DNA of 64,000 nucleotides from contig OZ241867.1 of assembly GCA_965203175.1 (NCBI GenBank), forward strand, positions 1,440,001 through 1,504,000. Reading direction: 5' to 3'. The translations under genes and the position numbers were made by a program. Below the pieces are notes generated by a model, which worked only from the letters and a program-made list of their open reading frames with translations, searched no databases and was not told the DNA's origin. The first letter of the stretch is position 1; every line of letters starts with the position of its first letter. Source of the stretch: Candidatus Latescibacterota bacterium (GTDB lineage: Bacteria; Latescibacterota; UBA2968; UBA8231). This document shows positions 9,448 through 19,179 of this stretch, one piece after another.

Positions 9448-11670
9448 ATGTCTTATGTGCTGCCCCTCTTGTTACTGTTCGCGATTTCGGCTAGCCACGC
9501 TGCCTCGCTCTCGCAAGAGGAAAGCCATCAAAAAATGATGGCCCTTTTGGCGGAGGTTCGCGCGCAAAATCTCGACGAGAATCCCTACCAAGGCGAAGGT
9601 CAGCTACGACAGTTAGAAGATCAGTTGCAGGCACTGCCCGATGCAGCCCCCGTCCAAGACCGAATTAGTCTCCATTTTCGCCTGGGGATCGCCGAACTTT
9701 TCTTGGGGCGGGAACGCCGCGCCCTAGACCATCTCGCCGCGGCCGAAAAGATGCTCGCGGGGCAACACTCGGTCCCTGCTCAGGTCGTCAATGAGATACA
9801 CTTTCGCCTAGGGCTGGCGTGGCTGCGCTTGGGGGAAACACAAAACTGCGTCCTCAACCCCAACGCCGACCACTGCATCCTACCCATTCGCCCCGGCGGC
9901 TTCCATACCTTCCCCGAAGGGTCGCGCCAAGCTATCCCCTATTTCCAAGCCGTGCTCGATAATACCGCCGCAGAGGAGCGCCTACGCCTAAGTGCCCGCT
10001 GGCTGCTCAACATCGCCTATATGACCTTGGGGCAGTATCCCGAGGAGGTGCCGCCCGCTCACCGGATTCCTCCCGAAGCCTTTGAGTCCCAAGCAGCGTT
10101 CCCGCGCTGGGTCAATGTAGCTCCTGCGCTCGGACTGGACACCTTCAGCCTTTCTGGCGGGGCCGTGGCCGACGACTTCGACGGCGACGGGTATCTCGAT
10201 TTCTTCGTCTCGACATCGGACTTGGCTGGACAACTGCGCTTTTTCCGCAATGGGGGGGACGGCACCTTTGCAGACCGCACCGAGGCGGCCAACCTCAACG
10301 GGCTGTTGGGAGGACTCAACTTGGTGCAAGCTGACTACGACAACGACGGCCCCCTCGATCTGCTAGTCCTGCGCGGGGCTTGGTTCGGCGAGCACGGCCA
10401 ACACCCCAATTCGCTCCTGCGGAATACAGGAGATGGCACCTTCTCCGACGCGACCTTTGCCGCCGGTCTAGGACAAGACCACTACCCAACCCAAACCGCC
10501 GCTTGGGGCGACTACGACCTCGACGGCGATCTCGACCTCTATATCGGCAATGAAACCACCGACACCTTTGTAGCCCCCGGCCAACTCTTTCAAAATCAAG
10601 GCGACGGCACCTTCGCCGATGTGGCTCCCGCCGCCGGCGTTGACCAATACGCCCACGCCAAAGCCGTCGTCTGGGGCGACTACGACGGGGACCGCTGGCC
10701 CGATCTATACGTGTCCAATCTCGGACAGCCCAACCGACTCTTCCACAACCAAGGCGACGGTACCTTCGCCGACGTGGCTCCCACTCTCGGCGTCGTCTCT
10801 CCCCGGGCTAGCTTTCCGACCTGGTTTTGGGACTTCGACAACGACGGCCACCTCGACCTGTTCGTCGCTGCATACGCGACCACCATCGCCGACATCGCCG
10901 CCGCGCATTTGGGCCACTCAGTGTCCGTGGAGCAGGCGCGGTTGTATCGCGGCGATGGCCAAGGCGGCTTTGCGGACGTATCCCAAGACCGCCATCTCGC
11001 GCAGCCGACCAAACCTATGGGGGCCAATTTTGGCGATGTGGACCACGATGGTTTTTTGGATTTCTACTTGGGCACCGGCGACACCGATTACGCCGAGTTA
11101 ATGCCCAATGTGCTGTATTGGAACCAAGGGGGTCAGCGCTTTGTCGATGTGACTTTTGCCAGCGGGTTGGGGCATTTGCAGAAGGGGCATGGGGTCGTAT
11201 TTGCCGACGTGGACCACGATGGCGATGTGGATATATTCGAGCAGATGGGCGGAGCCTACCGCGGCGACGGCTTTGCCGATGTGCTATACGAGAACCCAGG
11301 GTTTGGTCACGGCTGGCTAGCAGTTGAAGTGGTGGGGGTGGAGTCGAATCGGTCGGGGATCGGGACGCAGCTACGGGTCGATGTGGTGGACGGAAGCCAA
11401 AGGCGGTCGCTGTACCGGTGGGTCGGCAGCGGCGGCAGTTTTGGCGGCAACCCGCTGCGTCAGTACGTGGGGTTGGGTTCAGCAGAGCGAGTAGCGCAGC
11501 TAGTAGTTTTTTGGCCGAAAAGCGGCAGAGAGCAGGTGTTCGCTGAAGTGCCAGTCAACGCGATCATCCGGGTCACCGAAGGACGGGAACAACTGGAGAT
11601 TTTAGCGTTGCCCTCTTTTGAGTTCGCTGTCGGACATCCCAAACGGGCCGAGCACCATCTACACAAATAG
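9448..11670 (+). CDS. FG-GAP repeat / ASPIC-UnbV (CRTAC1-like) protein with N-terminal TPR-like helices
   Basis: Repeated DxDxDGxxDL, C-terminal SGGSFGGNPLRQYVGLG..WP, and a signal peptide. Confidence 0.9.
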   Translation: MSYVLPLLLLFAISASHAASLSQEESHQKMMALLAEVRAQNLDENPYQGEGQLRQLEDQLQALPDAAPVQDRISLHFRLGIAELFLGRERRALDHLAAAEKMLAGQHSVPAQVVNEIHFRLGLAWLRLGETQNCVLNPNADHCILPIRPGGFHTFPEGSRQAIPYFQAVLDNTAAEERLRLSARWLLNIAYMTLGQYPEEVPPAHRIPPEAFESQAAFPRWVNVAPALGLDTFSLSGGAVADDFDGDGYLDFFVSTSDLAGQLRFFRNGGDGTFADRTEAANLNGLLGGLNLVQADYDNDGPLDLLVLRGAWFGEHGQHPNSLLRNTGDGTFSDATFAAGLGQDHYPTQTAAWGDYDLDGDLDLYIGNETTDTFVAPGQLFQNQGDGTFADVAPAAGVDQYAHAKAVVWGDYDGDRWPDLYVSNLGQPNRLFHNQGDGTFADVAPTLGVVSPRASFPTWFWDFDNDGHLDLFVAAYATTIADIAAAHLGHSVSVEQARLYRGDGQGGFADVSQDRHLAQPTKPMGANFGDVDHDGFLDFYLGTGDTDYAELMPNVLYWNQGGQRFVDVTFASGLGHLQKGHGVVFADVDHDGDVDIFEQMGGAYRGDGFADVLYENPGFGHGWLAVEVVGVESNRSGIGTQLRVDVVDGSQRRSLYRWVGSGGSFGGNPLRQYVGLGSAERVAQLVVFWPKSGREQVFAEVPVNAIIRVTEGREQLEILALPSFEFAVGHPKRAEHHLHK

Positions 11671-11687
11671 CACCGGTCGGCTCACCT

Positions 11688-13415
11688 CTAAGGCGTGCGC
11701 TCGACCTGCACTGCAATGATATCTAGGTCGTGGTATTTCTGGTGTCGCACCGAAGAGGCGTAGTGCCGCAACAGACGGAACGAAATCTCGCCTTCGTCTA
11801 TTATCTCGGGCTGTTCGCTCAGATACGCCAGCCGGTCTTCGAGATTTTCTCCCGCAGCAGTCGCCAAAAACTCCAGTTCCACCGCCCCTTCGGCGGGCCG
11901 TGCGGTGAGGATCAAGTGCCGTCCGTTGGCCGCATCGTCCTCAGCTTGTTGCGTCAGAATCGCCAAAGTCTCTTCCCCTGCGGCGCACAGCCGCCCGGTC
12001 GCTGGATCGTCCCAGCCGATTTTCGCGGCAAAGGCGCGGAGGAACTCGTCAATCTTGGTCAACGAGGTAGCGGCTAACTCGACCTCTAGACGTCGGCGGC
12101 GCGGAGCCGTCAACTCCATAAACGCAGTCAGCAAGATCGCGGCAATACCCCCAGCGGTCATGCCATTGCCGAGCAAGGTGCCCCACGTCTTGCCCAGTAA
12201 ATCGGCGAAGATTACCTGATTCTGAAAGCCCACCCCAATCCAAAACGACAGCCCCACCACCACGGCCTTGCGGCTATTGAGGCCGCTCTCAACGACCAGC
12301 TTCATACCCTGCACGAAAAGTATGCCTATCAGCAGGGTTACATAGGCCGCGCCCACGGGATTGGGAATCGCAATCAGGAGGGCCGTCACCTTGGGCGATA
12401 AGGCCAGCACCGCAAAGATGGCCCCGACATATACCCCAACGCGGCGCGCGGCAACCCCGGTGAGTTCGGCGAGCGATATGCTGGTTGAGTAGGTCGTGTT
12501 GGGGGGTGCCCCGAGGAGCCCGGACAACAGGTTGCCCGTCCCATCGGCGTTGAGAGCACCCTGGACCAAGCGAAAATCGGTTGCTCGCGGCCGGCGCCGC
12601 GAGACCCGCTGAATAGCAATGCCGTCGCCAATGGTCTCAATCGCGCCTACTAAGGTTACGACCACAAACGCCGGCAGCAACGCCCAGAATTCTGCACTGA
12701 ACGTCAGGTCCAATCCCGGCCACGCGCCATCGGGAAAACCGATCCAAGGCGCGTCGATTACGGGCTGAATGTTGAACAGTCCAAAGGGAGCAGCCGCGGC
12801 GCAACCCGCCGCAATACTGATGAGCGGTGCCCACAGTCGCCAAGCCCCTGGGGCGCACAGCGCCAACACCACAAGCGTAGCGAGCGTCGCGCCGGCCGCA
12901 GTCGGAGCAGCGGCTGACGACATACCCTCGGGCACATCCGTCAGCAAGCCGAAAACGATCGGCATGACCGTGACGGCGATCAGCATGATCACCGTGCCGG
13001 AGACAACCGGTGTGAGGATCCGGCGCAATAGCGAAAGCCGCGCGGCTAGGGCAAACTGAAACAGCGACGAGACGACGATCAGACTCGCCATCAGGGCCGG
13101 TCCGCCCTGCACCAGTGCCGCGATGCAGACCGCGATGAAGGCACCGGAAGTACCCATGACGAGCACGTGCCCGGCCCCGATCCGCCCGACCCGCACCGCT
13201 TGCAGAATCGTGCTCACTCCACTGATCAGCAGCGCCGCGAAGGCGATCCAAGTTAGGTAACTCTCCGGCTGGTTGGCCACCCGGCCAATAATGATCGCGC
13301 TGAGCACCACCGGCGCGATGATGACCACCGCGGCCTGAAAGCCAACCCCAGCGGCGATGGAGTGGGGAGGCCGCTCGTCCGGCTCGTAGCGGATGTATTC
13401 ATTTACTTGCGCCAT
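11688..13415 (-). CDS. NCS2 xanthine/uracil permease with extra C-terminal soluble domain
   Basis: GTSGAF, TPVVSGTVI, ETIGD, DG.GNLLSG and PNTTYS motifs; ~140-aa hydrophilic tail. Confidence 0.85.
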   Translation of the reverse strand: MAQVNEYIRYEPDERPPHSIAAGVGFQAAVVIIAPVVLSAIIIGRVANQPESYLTWIAFAALLISGVSTILQAVRVGRIGAGHVLVMGTSGAFIAVCIAALVQGGPALMASLIVVSSLFQFALAARLSLLRRILTPVVSGTVIMLIAVTVMPIVFGLLTDVPEGMSSAAAPTAAGATLATLVVLALCAPGAWRLWAPLISIAAGCAAAAPFGLFNIQPVIDAPWIGFPDGAWPGLDLTFSAEFWALLPAFVVVTLVGAIETIGDGIAIQRVSRRRPRATDFRLVQGALNADGTGNLLSGLLGAPPNTTYSTSISLAELTGVAARRVGVYVGAIFAVLALSPKVTALLIAIPNPVGAAYVTLLIGILFVQGMKLVVESGLNSRKAVVVGLSFWIGVGFQNQVIFADLLGKTWGTLLGNGMTAGGIAAILLTAFMELTAPRRRRLEVELAATSLTKIDEFLRAFAAKIGWDDPATGRLCAAGEETLAILTQQAEDDAANGRHLILTARPAEGAVELEFLATAAGENLEDRLAYLSEQPEIIDEGEISFRLLRHYASSVRHQKYHDLDIIAVQVERTP

Positions 13416-13524
13416 TGCCAAATTCACCCTTTCAGTCAGGTTGCACTGCAAATCCGTCCGGAGAAAGATGCGCCGAACTCAACCGATGCACCACCTCGTA
13501 CTCGCGCCAAAAGCCCCGTCACCT

Positions 13525-14313
13525 TCACAAACGCCATACCACCAACAACTGAGCCGTACTTTCATCTTCGTCCGTTCCGAGCTTATTGAGCCAGTATTGG
13601 TACTCAATGCCAACCATGAACTGATTGGGCGCTCCGATCACTTTGCCCAGATCCCAGGTGAACTGCGGCTGCGCGAGAATGGAATCCTTGGCGTTTTCAC
13701 CGAATTCGTTGGTGCGACCGCCTAAGTACTCGGCATGGCCGACAATGGCCAAGGACAGACTGCCAATATTGATGGGCAAGGCCCAATTGACGTCGAGTAT
13801 GAAGCTATTGTCCTCTTTGGGGGCACCGCCACCCTCGACGCCGATGTTGTCGTCGATATAGGCCGTCAGGTCCGTATTCAGGAACAGGAATCCCGGCAGA
13901 TCCCAAGAGGCTCGCAGACCGGGCAGGTATTTCACGACATTGGCGTCGCCGCCGACATTGACCCCGGCAATTAGGGCAAAATCCCGAATGGGGCCGACGC
14001 GCAATTCCTTGTTGGCCAGCTTGCCGAGACTCAGGGTTGGATACCACTCGCCGTAGAAATCTCGGTCGTTGAAATTGGTGTCGTCGCGGGCGTTGTCATC
14101 GAGGTAGTCGATAAAGAAGAAGCTGTCGCCCAATTTCCATCCCGCAGCCTGTTGCACGGTAAAGACAAAGGTCTGCTGTGTGGCGGCCGAGAATGGATTC
14201 TTGTGTTTGCCGTATTGCAGGTGGAACTCGGTTTGCGAGAAGGCTGCTGCCTGGGTAGCTAGCAGCGCGACCCAAAAAATACCGGCGAATGCTGTTTTCA
14301 TTGCTATCCTCAT
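13525..14313 (-). CDS. Tsx-like nucleoside-channel outer-membrane protein
   Basis: Signal peptide; WKLGDSFFFID, FYGEW, AQPQF and GIEYQYWLNKLG motifs; C-terminal VVWRL. Confidence 0.8.
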   Translation of the reverse strand: MRIAMKTAFAGIFWVALLATQAAAFSQTEFHLQYGKHKNPFSAATQQTFVFTVQQAAGWKLGDSFFFIDYLDDNARDDTNFNDRDFYGEWYPTLSLGKLANKELRVGPIRDFALIAGVNVGGDANVVKYLPGLRASWDLPGFLFLNTDLTAYIDDNIGVEGGGAPKEDNSFILDVNWALPINIGSLSLAIVGHAEYLGGRTNEFGENAKDSILAQPQFTWDLGKVIGAPNQFMVGIEYQYWLNKLGTDEDESTAQLLVVWRL

Positions 14314-14432
14314 TTCTTTTTCGATCTCTAAGACGAGTCTAAGGTACGTCCTTGACCCAGACCGCAACATCTCTCAAGTCAGAGGACACGGGGCGAAGAA
14401 TCGGAAAATTGTGAATGAATCATGGGCCTGCT

Positions 14433-16424
14433 CTACTGGGAATCTGCCAGTCGTGCTAACGCCTCTTGCGCAGATTGGCTTAGGCGGGGATCGCCCTGCC
14501 ACTGCGCGAGAAAATGCTTGTACGCGCGGATGGCTTGGCGGGGTTGCGCCGCCTCTTGGTAGAGAACACCAAGTGCATAATGCGCTCTGGCGTAGGTAGA
14601 ATCCGCACGCAGAGCAGCTTGGTACTGGCGTTCGGCCTTGGCATGGGCCTTCTGTTGGGCATAGAGGTGGCCCAAGTTGTAATGGGCTTCGGCAAAGTCG
14701 GGCGCTACCTCAAGCGCCTTTTGATAGGCCGTCGCCGCCTGTTGAAGATCGTTCTTTACTAGGTAGAGATTGCCCAAATTGTTATAGGCTTGGGCATGGG
14801 TAGGTGCTAGTGCCAACGTGCGCTCTAAGGCGGCCTCGGCCTCCTCGATACGGCCCTGTGCGTGGTAGAGATGACCGAGCGCAAAGTAAATTTTATAGAG
14901 GGCCGAGTCCGGGGGACTGTGCGCTAGGGCCTCTTCGCACACCCGCAGGGCCCTAGCGAGCTTGCCGTGCTGGGCGTAGAGGCCACTTAGCTGGAGGCGC
15001 GCCTCCAAATAGGTGGGTGCAACAGAGAGCAGCGAACGGTACTGGGCTTCGGCCTTTTCCCACTGCCGGAGCGCGAGATAAGCACGCGCTAAGCGCAAAC
15101 GAACTGCGACGTTGGCCGGAGTAGCGTCGAGGGTCTGCTGTAGCTGATTGATGTGGTCGTGCAGACGTCCGAGGCGTTCAAAGCGGTTTTGTAGGCGCTC
15201 GGCCTCGGCCGCTTGGCCAAGAGCGAGGAGGACATTGGCTAAGTTGTAGAGAGCTTCCGGATGTAAGGGATTAATGGCGAGAACTTGGCGCAGCGTCTTG
15301 GCCGCTTCCTCGGGGCGATTCAAATCGCTATAGAGCAGACCCAACTGACGCCAAGACTCGCTGTGCTGTGGATCCTTTTCCACGGCTTCTTTTAAGATAG
15401 CTTCGGCTTTTTGGTACTGGGTTTGGCGGATGTAGAGAGCTCCGAGTTCGCCGCGGGCTTCCATCAAGCTGGGGTCCGTTTCAATAGCTTGCAGCAGGGC
15501 TCTTTCGGCTTTGTCGTAAAAACCTTGATTGACGTACAGCCGCGACAAAAGCTGCAAAGCCACCGTCTGGGTCGAATCCAGTGCGACGGCTTTTTCAGCT
15601 AAAGCCACTGCTTCGGGAATGCGCTGCTGGGTGGCATAGATAGCACCCAACTTGTAACGAGCTTCGGCATTATCTTGGTCCAACTCCAAGGCGCTTTCGT
15701 ATTCGCGTACCGCCTCGGCCAATTTTTCAACGCGGGTATAGACATCGCCCAAGCGGATGTGGAGGTCGGCACTGGGCGCAATGCGGAGGGCCTCGCCGTA
15801 GGCGGCCACCGCGTCTTCAACGCGCAAATCTTCGGCGTACAGATGACCCAAGGCCGCGTGGACTTCCCGGGAAAATGGGTCGCGATCAACAGCCTGCAAT
15901 AGGACGGCCACCGCTTGGTCAAATTCTCGCAGATCGCGCAGGGAGCGGGCGAGATTGATGTAGAACGCGATGTCCTCTGGGGCTTGGCGCACGGCCGCTT
16001 GATACGCGGCAACGGCTTTTCCCAAGGCTCCATCCTGGTAGTGAATATTGCCCAGATTATTGCTTGTCGCAGCCAAGGTGGAGTCGAGGTCAAGGGCTTT
16101 TTGAAAGTGGGCGGCGGCCTCGTCCAAGGCCCCGCGCCGCTGGGCCAAAAGCCCCAAGCCATCGTGGGCGAGGGCGTAATTTGGATCGAGATCGAGGGCT
16201 TTGGCATAGTTCTGCTGGGCTTCGTCGTAGCGGCCGGCTTGCGTATAGGCTACGGCCAAGTTGTAGTACGCGGGTGGCGCGGTGGGGTTTTGGCGGGTGA
16301 GGCGGAGGTGCTTTTCCAAGGCCTCGGCATCGGGGTCTTGGGAGCAGGCCGCACCTAGAAGTAAAAAAATAGCGCAAAGATTGCACAGCGGTCGTGGTAC
16401 GAGGGAGTTGGTGATCATATGCAA
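14433..16424 (-). CDS. Long TPR protein, probable lipoprotein
   Basis: Many 34-aa repeats (AYYNLA, AHYNLG); LGAAC lipobox-like motif. Confidence 0.9.
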   Translation of the reverse strand: MHMITNSLVPRPLCNLCAIFLLLGAACSQDPDAEALEKHLRLTRQNPTAPPAYYNLAVAYTQAGRYDEAQQNYAKALDLDPNYALAHDGLGLLAQRRGALDEAAAHFQKALDLDSTLAATSNNLGNIHYQDGALGKAVAAYQAAVRQAPEDIAFYINLARSLRDLREFDQAVAVLLQAVDRDPFSREVHAALGHLYAEDLRVEDAVAAYGEALRIAPSADLHIRLGDVYTRVEKLAEAVREYESALELDQDNAEARYKLGAIYATQQRIPEAVALAEKAVALDSTQTVALQLLSRLYVNQGFYDKAERALLQAIETDPSLMEARGELGALYIRQTQYQKAEAILKEAVEKDPQHSESWRQLGLLYSDLNRPEEAAKTLRQVLAINPLHPEALYNLANVLLALGQAAEAERLQNRFERLGRLHDHINQLQQTLDATPANVAVRLRLARAYLALRQWEKAEAQYRSLLSVAPTYLEARLQLSGLYAQHGKLARALRVCEEALAHSPPDSALYKIYFALGHLYHAQGRIEEAEAALERTLALAPTHAQAYNNLGNLYLVKNDLQQAATAYQKALEVAPDFAEAHYNLGHLYAQQKAHAKAERQYQAALRADSTYARAHYALGVLYQEAAQPRQAIRAYKHFLAQWQGDPRLSQSAQEALARLADSQ

Positions 16425-16434
16425 CTTCTTGGCA

Positions 16435-19005
16435 TCAGGGTTTGGATTGAATTATGTGCAGGATCTGATTGGTCGCCACCCCTTCCATTGTCTGCAACGC
16501 GCCGTCGGGCCAGCGGATTTCGACTGTGGCCTGGATGGCTTCTCCTAGGCCAAAGTGGAGACGAGGATCGCTACTCGCAAGATAACTACCGCCCGACTGA
16601 TGCTCCTTGACTTGGTGCTGCCCACCGGCCGTCACAGCGATGCGGGCGTGCTGCGCGGTATTCCCCAACTGAATCGTCAACCAGTGCTGCCGGTTGCCCC
16701 CGTCGTTGCGCAGGAGGTTGGGGGCGGCGGCAACATTGGTCACTAGCAGGTCTAGGTCTCCATCGTTGTCGTAGTCGGCCGTGGCCGAAGCGCGGCTTAC
16801 CGCTGCCACCGCGAGCGCGGGACCGAGCCTAGCAGAGACATCGACAAAGCGGATCCCCCGCTGGTTGCAGAGCACCTGATTGGGTTGCGGATAGGCATGG
16901 TCGGGGTGTACTTGGGTGATTTTGTCCATGACGTGGCCATTGGCGACAAAAAGGTCTAAGTCGCCGTCGTTGTCGTAGTCGAAAAAATTGGTGCCAAAAC
17001 CCAGCGGTTTGTAGCTGTACTCAGCCAAGCCGGCGCGTTGGGTGATGTCGTAAAACTGCCCCTGCCCATCGTTGCCGTACAAGGTGTTGGTCTCTTGGGC
17101 GAAATTGGTCACAAAAATATCTTGGAATCCATCGTTGTCCCAATCCCCGAACTCCACGCCCATGCCGGCTTCGGCTAGACCGTCCTCGTTGTAGCGTCCT
17201 CCGGCGTAGAGGCCGACCTCGGCAAAGCGGTTCCCTTGGTTTTGGTAGAGGAAGTTCATCGTGCCGTCGTTGGCCACGTACATGTCGGTGTCGCCGTCGA
17301 GGTCGTAATCCGCGAAGGCCACGCCCAAGCCGCGCCCCTTGTGAATGATTCCCATCTCCAACGTCACATCGCGGAATTGGCCATCTTCGTTGCGGTAGAG
17401 TACATCGCCTACCGGCTCGTAGAACTTCGGTTCGCAATAGGAGCGAATGCCGCCCTCGGCACAGACGATATTGTTCTGCGGGTCAAACTCCACGTAATTG
17501 GTCGCGTAGAGATCTAAATCGCCGTCGAGATCGTAGTCTAGGAAACCGCAACTAGTACCCCACTGGGCATCGGCCCCACCCACGGCGGCGGTCGCGTCGG
17601 CAAAGCGCCCATCGCCCTCGTTGCGCAACAGGAGGTTGGGGCCAACGTTGGTCACGTATAGATCCACGTTGCCATCGGCGTCGTAGTCAGCGGCAGCACA
17701 GCCCATGCCGTAGCCGGTGTGCCCGGCTCCCGAGGCAGCCGTCACATCGGTGAAACCGCCAGCGCCAGTGTTGTGGTACAGGCGATTGGTGGGAATTGGA
17801 TCGGGGCGCTCGCCACTTAGAGGTGCGCCGTTGACCAGATAGAGATCGAGCCAGCCATCGCCGTCAACGTCGAGGAAGGCCGCCCCGGACCCAAAGGTCT
17901 CGACGTAGTAGTATTCGCCCGAAAAGCCGTTGTAGTGCTCAAAATCGAGACCAGCCGCTTGGGTTATATCGACTAGTTGAATGGACTTGCAGCCAGGGTC
18001 GGCGGTATCTGAAGGTGGAACCGGGCGGGCCGCGGCCTTGGGTTTTGTTAGGTCTATGGAAGGAGCGGTCACATCAGTTAAGTCGGGAGCAACACTAAAG
18101 TGGGCATTGGGGCGGAAAGGCTGGGCAAAGGTCGCACTAGCAAAGGTGGCTTCCTGTTTGAAGCGGCTGTCGACAAAGAAGGCTGAAGAGCGAAAGTGGG
18201 CACCCACAAAGCGGGCCGGACCGGCAAAGACGATGCGGCGGAAGGAGGCCGTAGCGGAGAAATCGGCGCGCTCGAAATGGGCTGCGCTGCGGAAATAGGC
18301 CGCAGTGAACGTGGCGGCTCCCGCAAAGCGGCTTTGCGCAAACAGGGCGTCCTCGCCAAAGCGAGTGCCGGCAAAGGAAACGGTCGATTGCCACGCTGCT
18401 TCTTCGAAGGAGGCCAAATCCGCAAAGGAAGCATCCTGAAAAGAAGTGGAGCGGGCGAACACAGTCTGATCGAAATAGGCCGCATCTTCAAATTGCGTAC
18501 GTTCAAAGGTAGTTTCTCCGCTAAAGTCGCTCTGCTGAAAAAAGGCCACACCGGAAAACTGGGTGGCCGAAAAATCTACTTTGTCGGACAGCAGAGTCCG
18601 TTTGAAATTAGCCTTGCCCACTACGCGGCAGTCGCGGCAGGAAAATCCACTTTCAAGGCGGGCTTCCAGCAGGGAGATCCCCTGTTGGAAATGGGTGCGA
18701 ACAAAGCTCATCGGTTGTAGAAAAACGGCGCGTTCTAAGACTACGGGATTGGTAAAGCGCACGTCCTCAAAGGCGAGCGCCGTGTGCAGGGTGTCGCCGG
18801 TCAATTCAAGCGGCCCCTGCACCACAATGCGATTGTATTCGAGTGCGGTGTCGGCAGGAGCTTGTTGGATTGCTGCGGCGAGGTCGCGGGCGAGGATGAG
18901 TTGGTAGGCTTTGCCTTCTATGGTCACTTCGTATTGGGCTATCGAGGGCAGAGGGACTATCAGGAATAGCAAGAAAAGACGATGGACGGATGAGTAGAAG
19001 ATCAT
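16435..19005 (-). CDS. Pentapeptide-like repeat domain fused to FG-GAP/ASPIC-UnbV protein
   Basis: N-terminal 11-aa-period Phe repeats, a Pro-rich linker, then DxDGDG repeats and QSGGSYLASSDPRLHFGLG. Confidence 0.85.
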   Translation of the reverse strand: MIFYSSVHRLFLLFLIVPLPSIAQYEVTIEGKAYQLILARDLAAAIQQAPADTALEYNRIVVQGPLELTGDTLHTALAFEDVRFTNPVVLERAVFLQPMSFVRTHFQQGISLLEARLESGFSCRDCRVVGKANFKRTLLSDKVDFSATQFSGVAFFQQSDFSGETTFERTQFEDAAYFDQTVFARSTSFQDASFADLASFEEAAWQSTVSFAGTRFGEDALFAQSRFAGAATFTAAYFRSAAHFERADFSATASFRRIVFAGPARFVGAHFRSSAFFVDSRFKQEATFASATFAQPFRPNAHFSVAPDLTDVTAPSIDLTKPKAAARPVPPSDTADPGCKSIQLVDITQAAGLDFEHYNGFSGEYYYVETFGSGAAFLDVDGDGWLDLYLVNGAPLSGERPDPIPTNRLYHNTGAGGFTDVTAASGAGHTGYGMGCAAADYDADGNVDLYVTNVGPNLLLRNEGDGRFADATAAVGGADAQWGTSCGFLDYDLDGDLDLYATNYVEFDPQNNIVCAEGGIRSYCEPKFYEPVGDVLYRNEDGQFRDVTLEMGIIHKGRGLGVAFADYDLDGDTDMYVANDGTMNFLYQNQGNRFAEVGLYAGGRYNEDGLAEAGMGVEFGDWDNDGFQDIFVTNFAQETNTLYGNDGQGQFYDITQRAGLAEYSYKPLGFGTNFFDYDNDGDLDLFVANGHVMDKITQVHPDHAYPQPNQVLCNQRGIRFVDVSARLGPALAVAAVSRASATADYDNDGDLDLLVTNVAAAPNLLRNDGGNRQHWLTIQLGNTAQHARIAVTAGGQHQVKEHQSGGSYLASSDPRLHFGLGEAIQATVEIRWPDGALQTMEGVATNQILHIIQSKP

Positions 19006-19046
19006 GGTTTGCAAAGACTCAGAATTTTGACTTTTTGCAGGAGTCC

Positions 19047-19076
19047 ATAATATCCGACACAAGGACGGGGCGGCAA
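19047..19076 (-). promoter_or_regulatory. Possible sigma70 promoter for 16435..19005
   Basis: TTGCCG-18 nt-TATTAT on the minus strand in an AT-rich divergent gap. Confidence 0.35.
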
Positions 19077-19179
19077 GACTCATTCTCTTGACATAAGGGG
19101 GACATGCTGCTTGTTTAACGCCCATCTTAATGCAAAATCACTCTTAAATAAACGTCCAAATACGTCGAAAATATAGACC

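Noticed and set aside
14314-14432. Purine riboswitch upstream of the Tsx/NCS2 genes
   Set aside because: No conserved purine aptamer core or terminator is visible.
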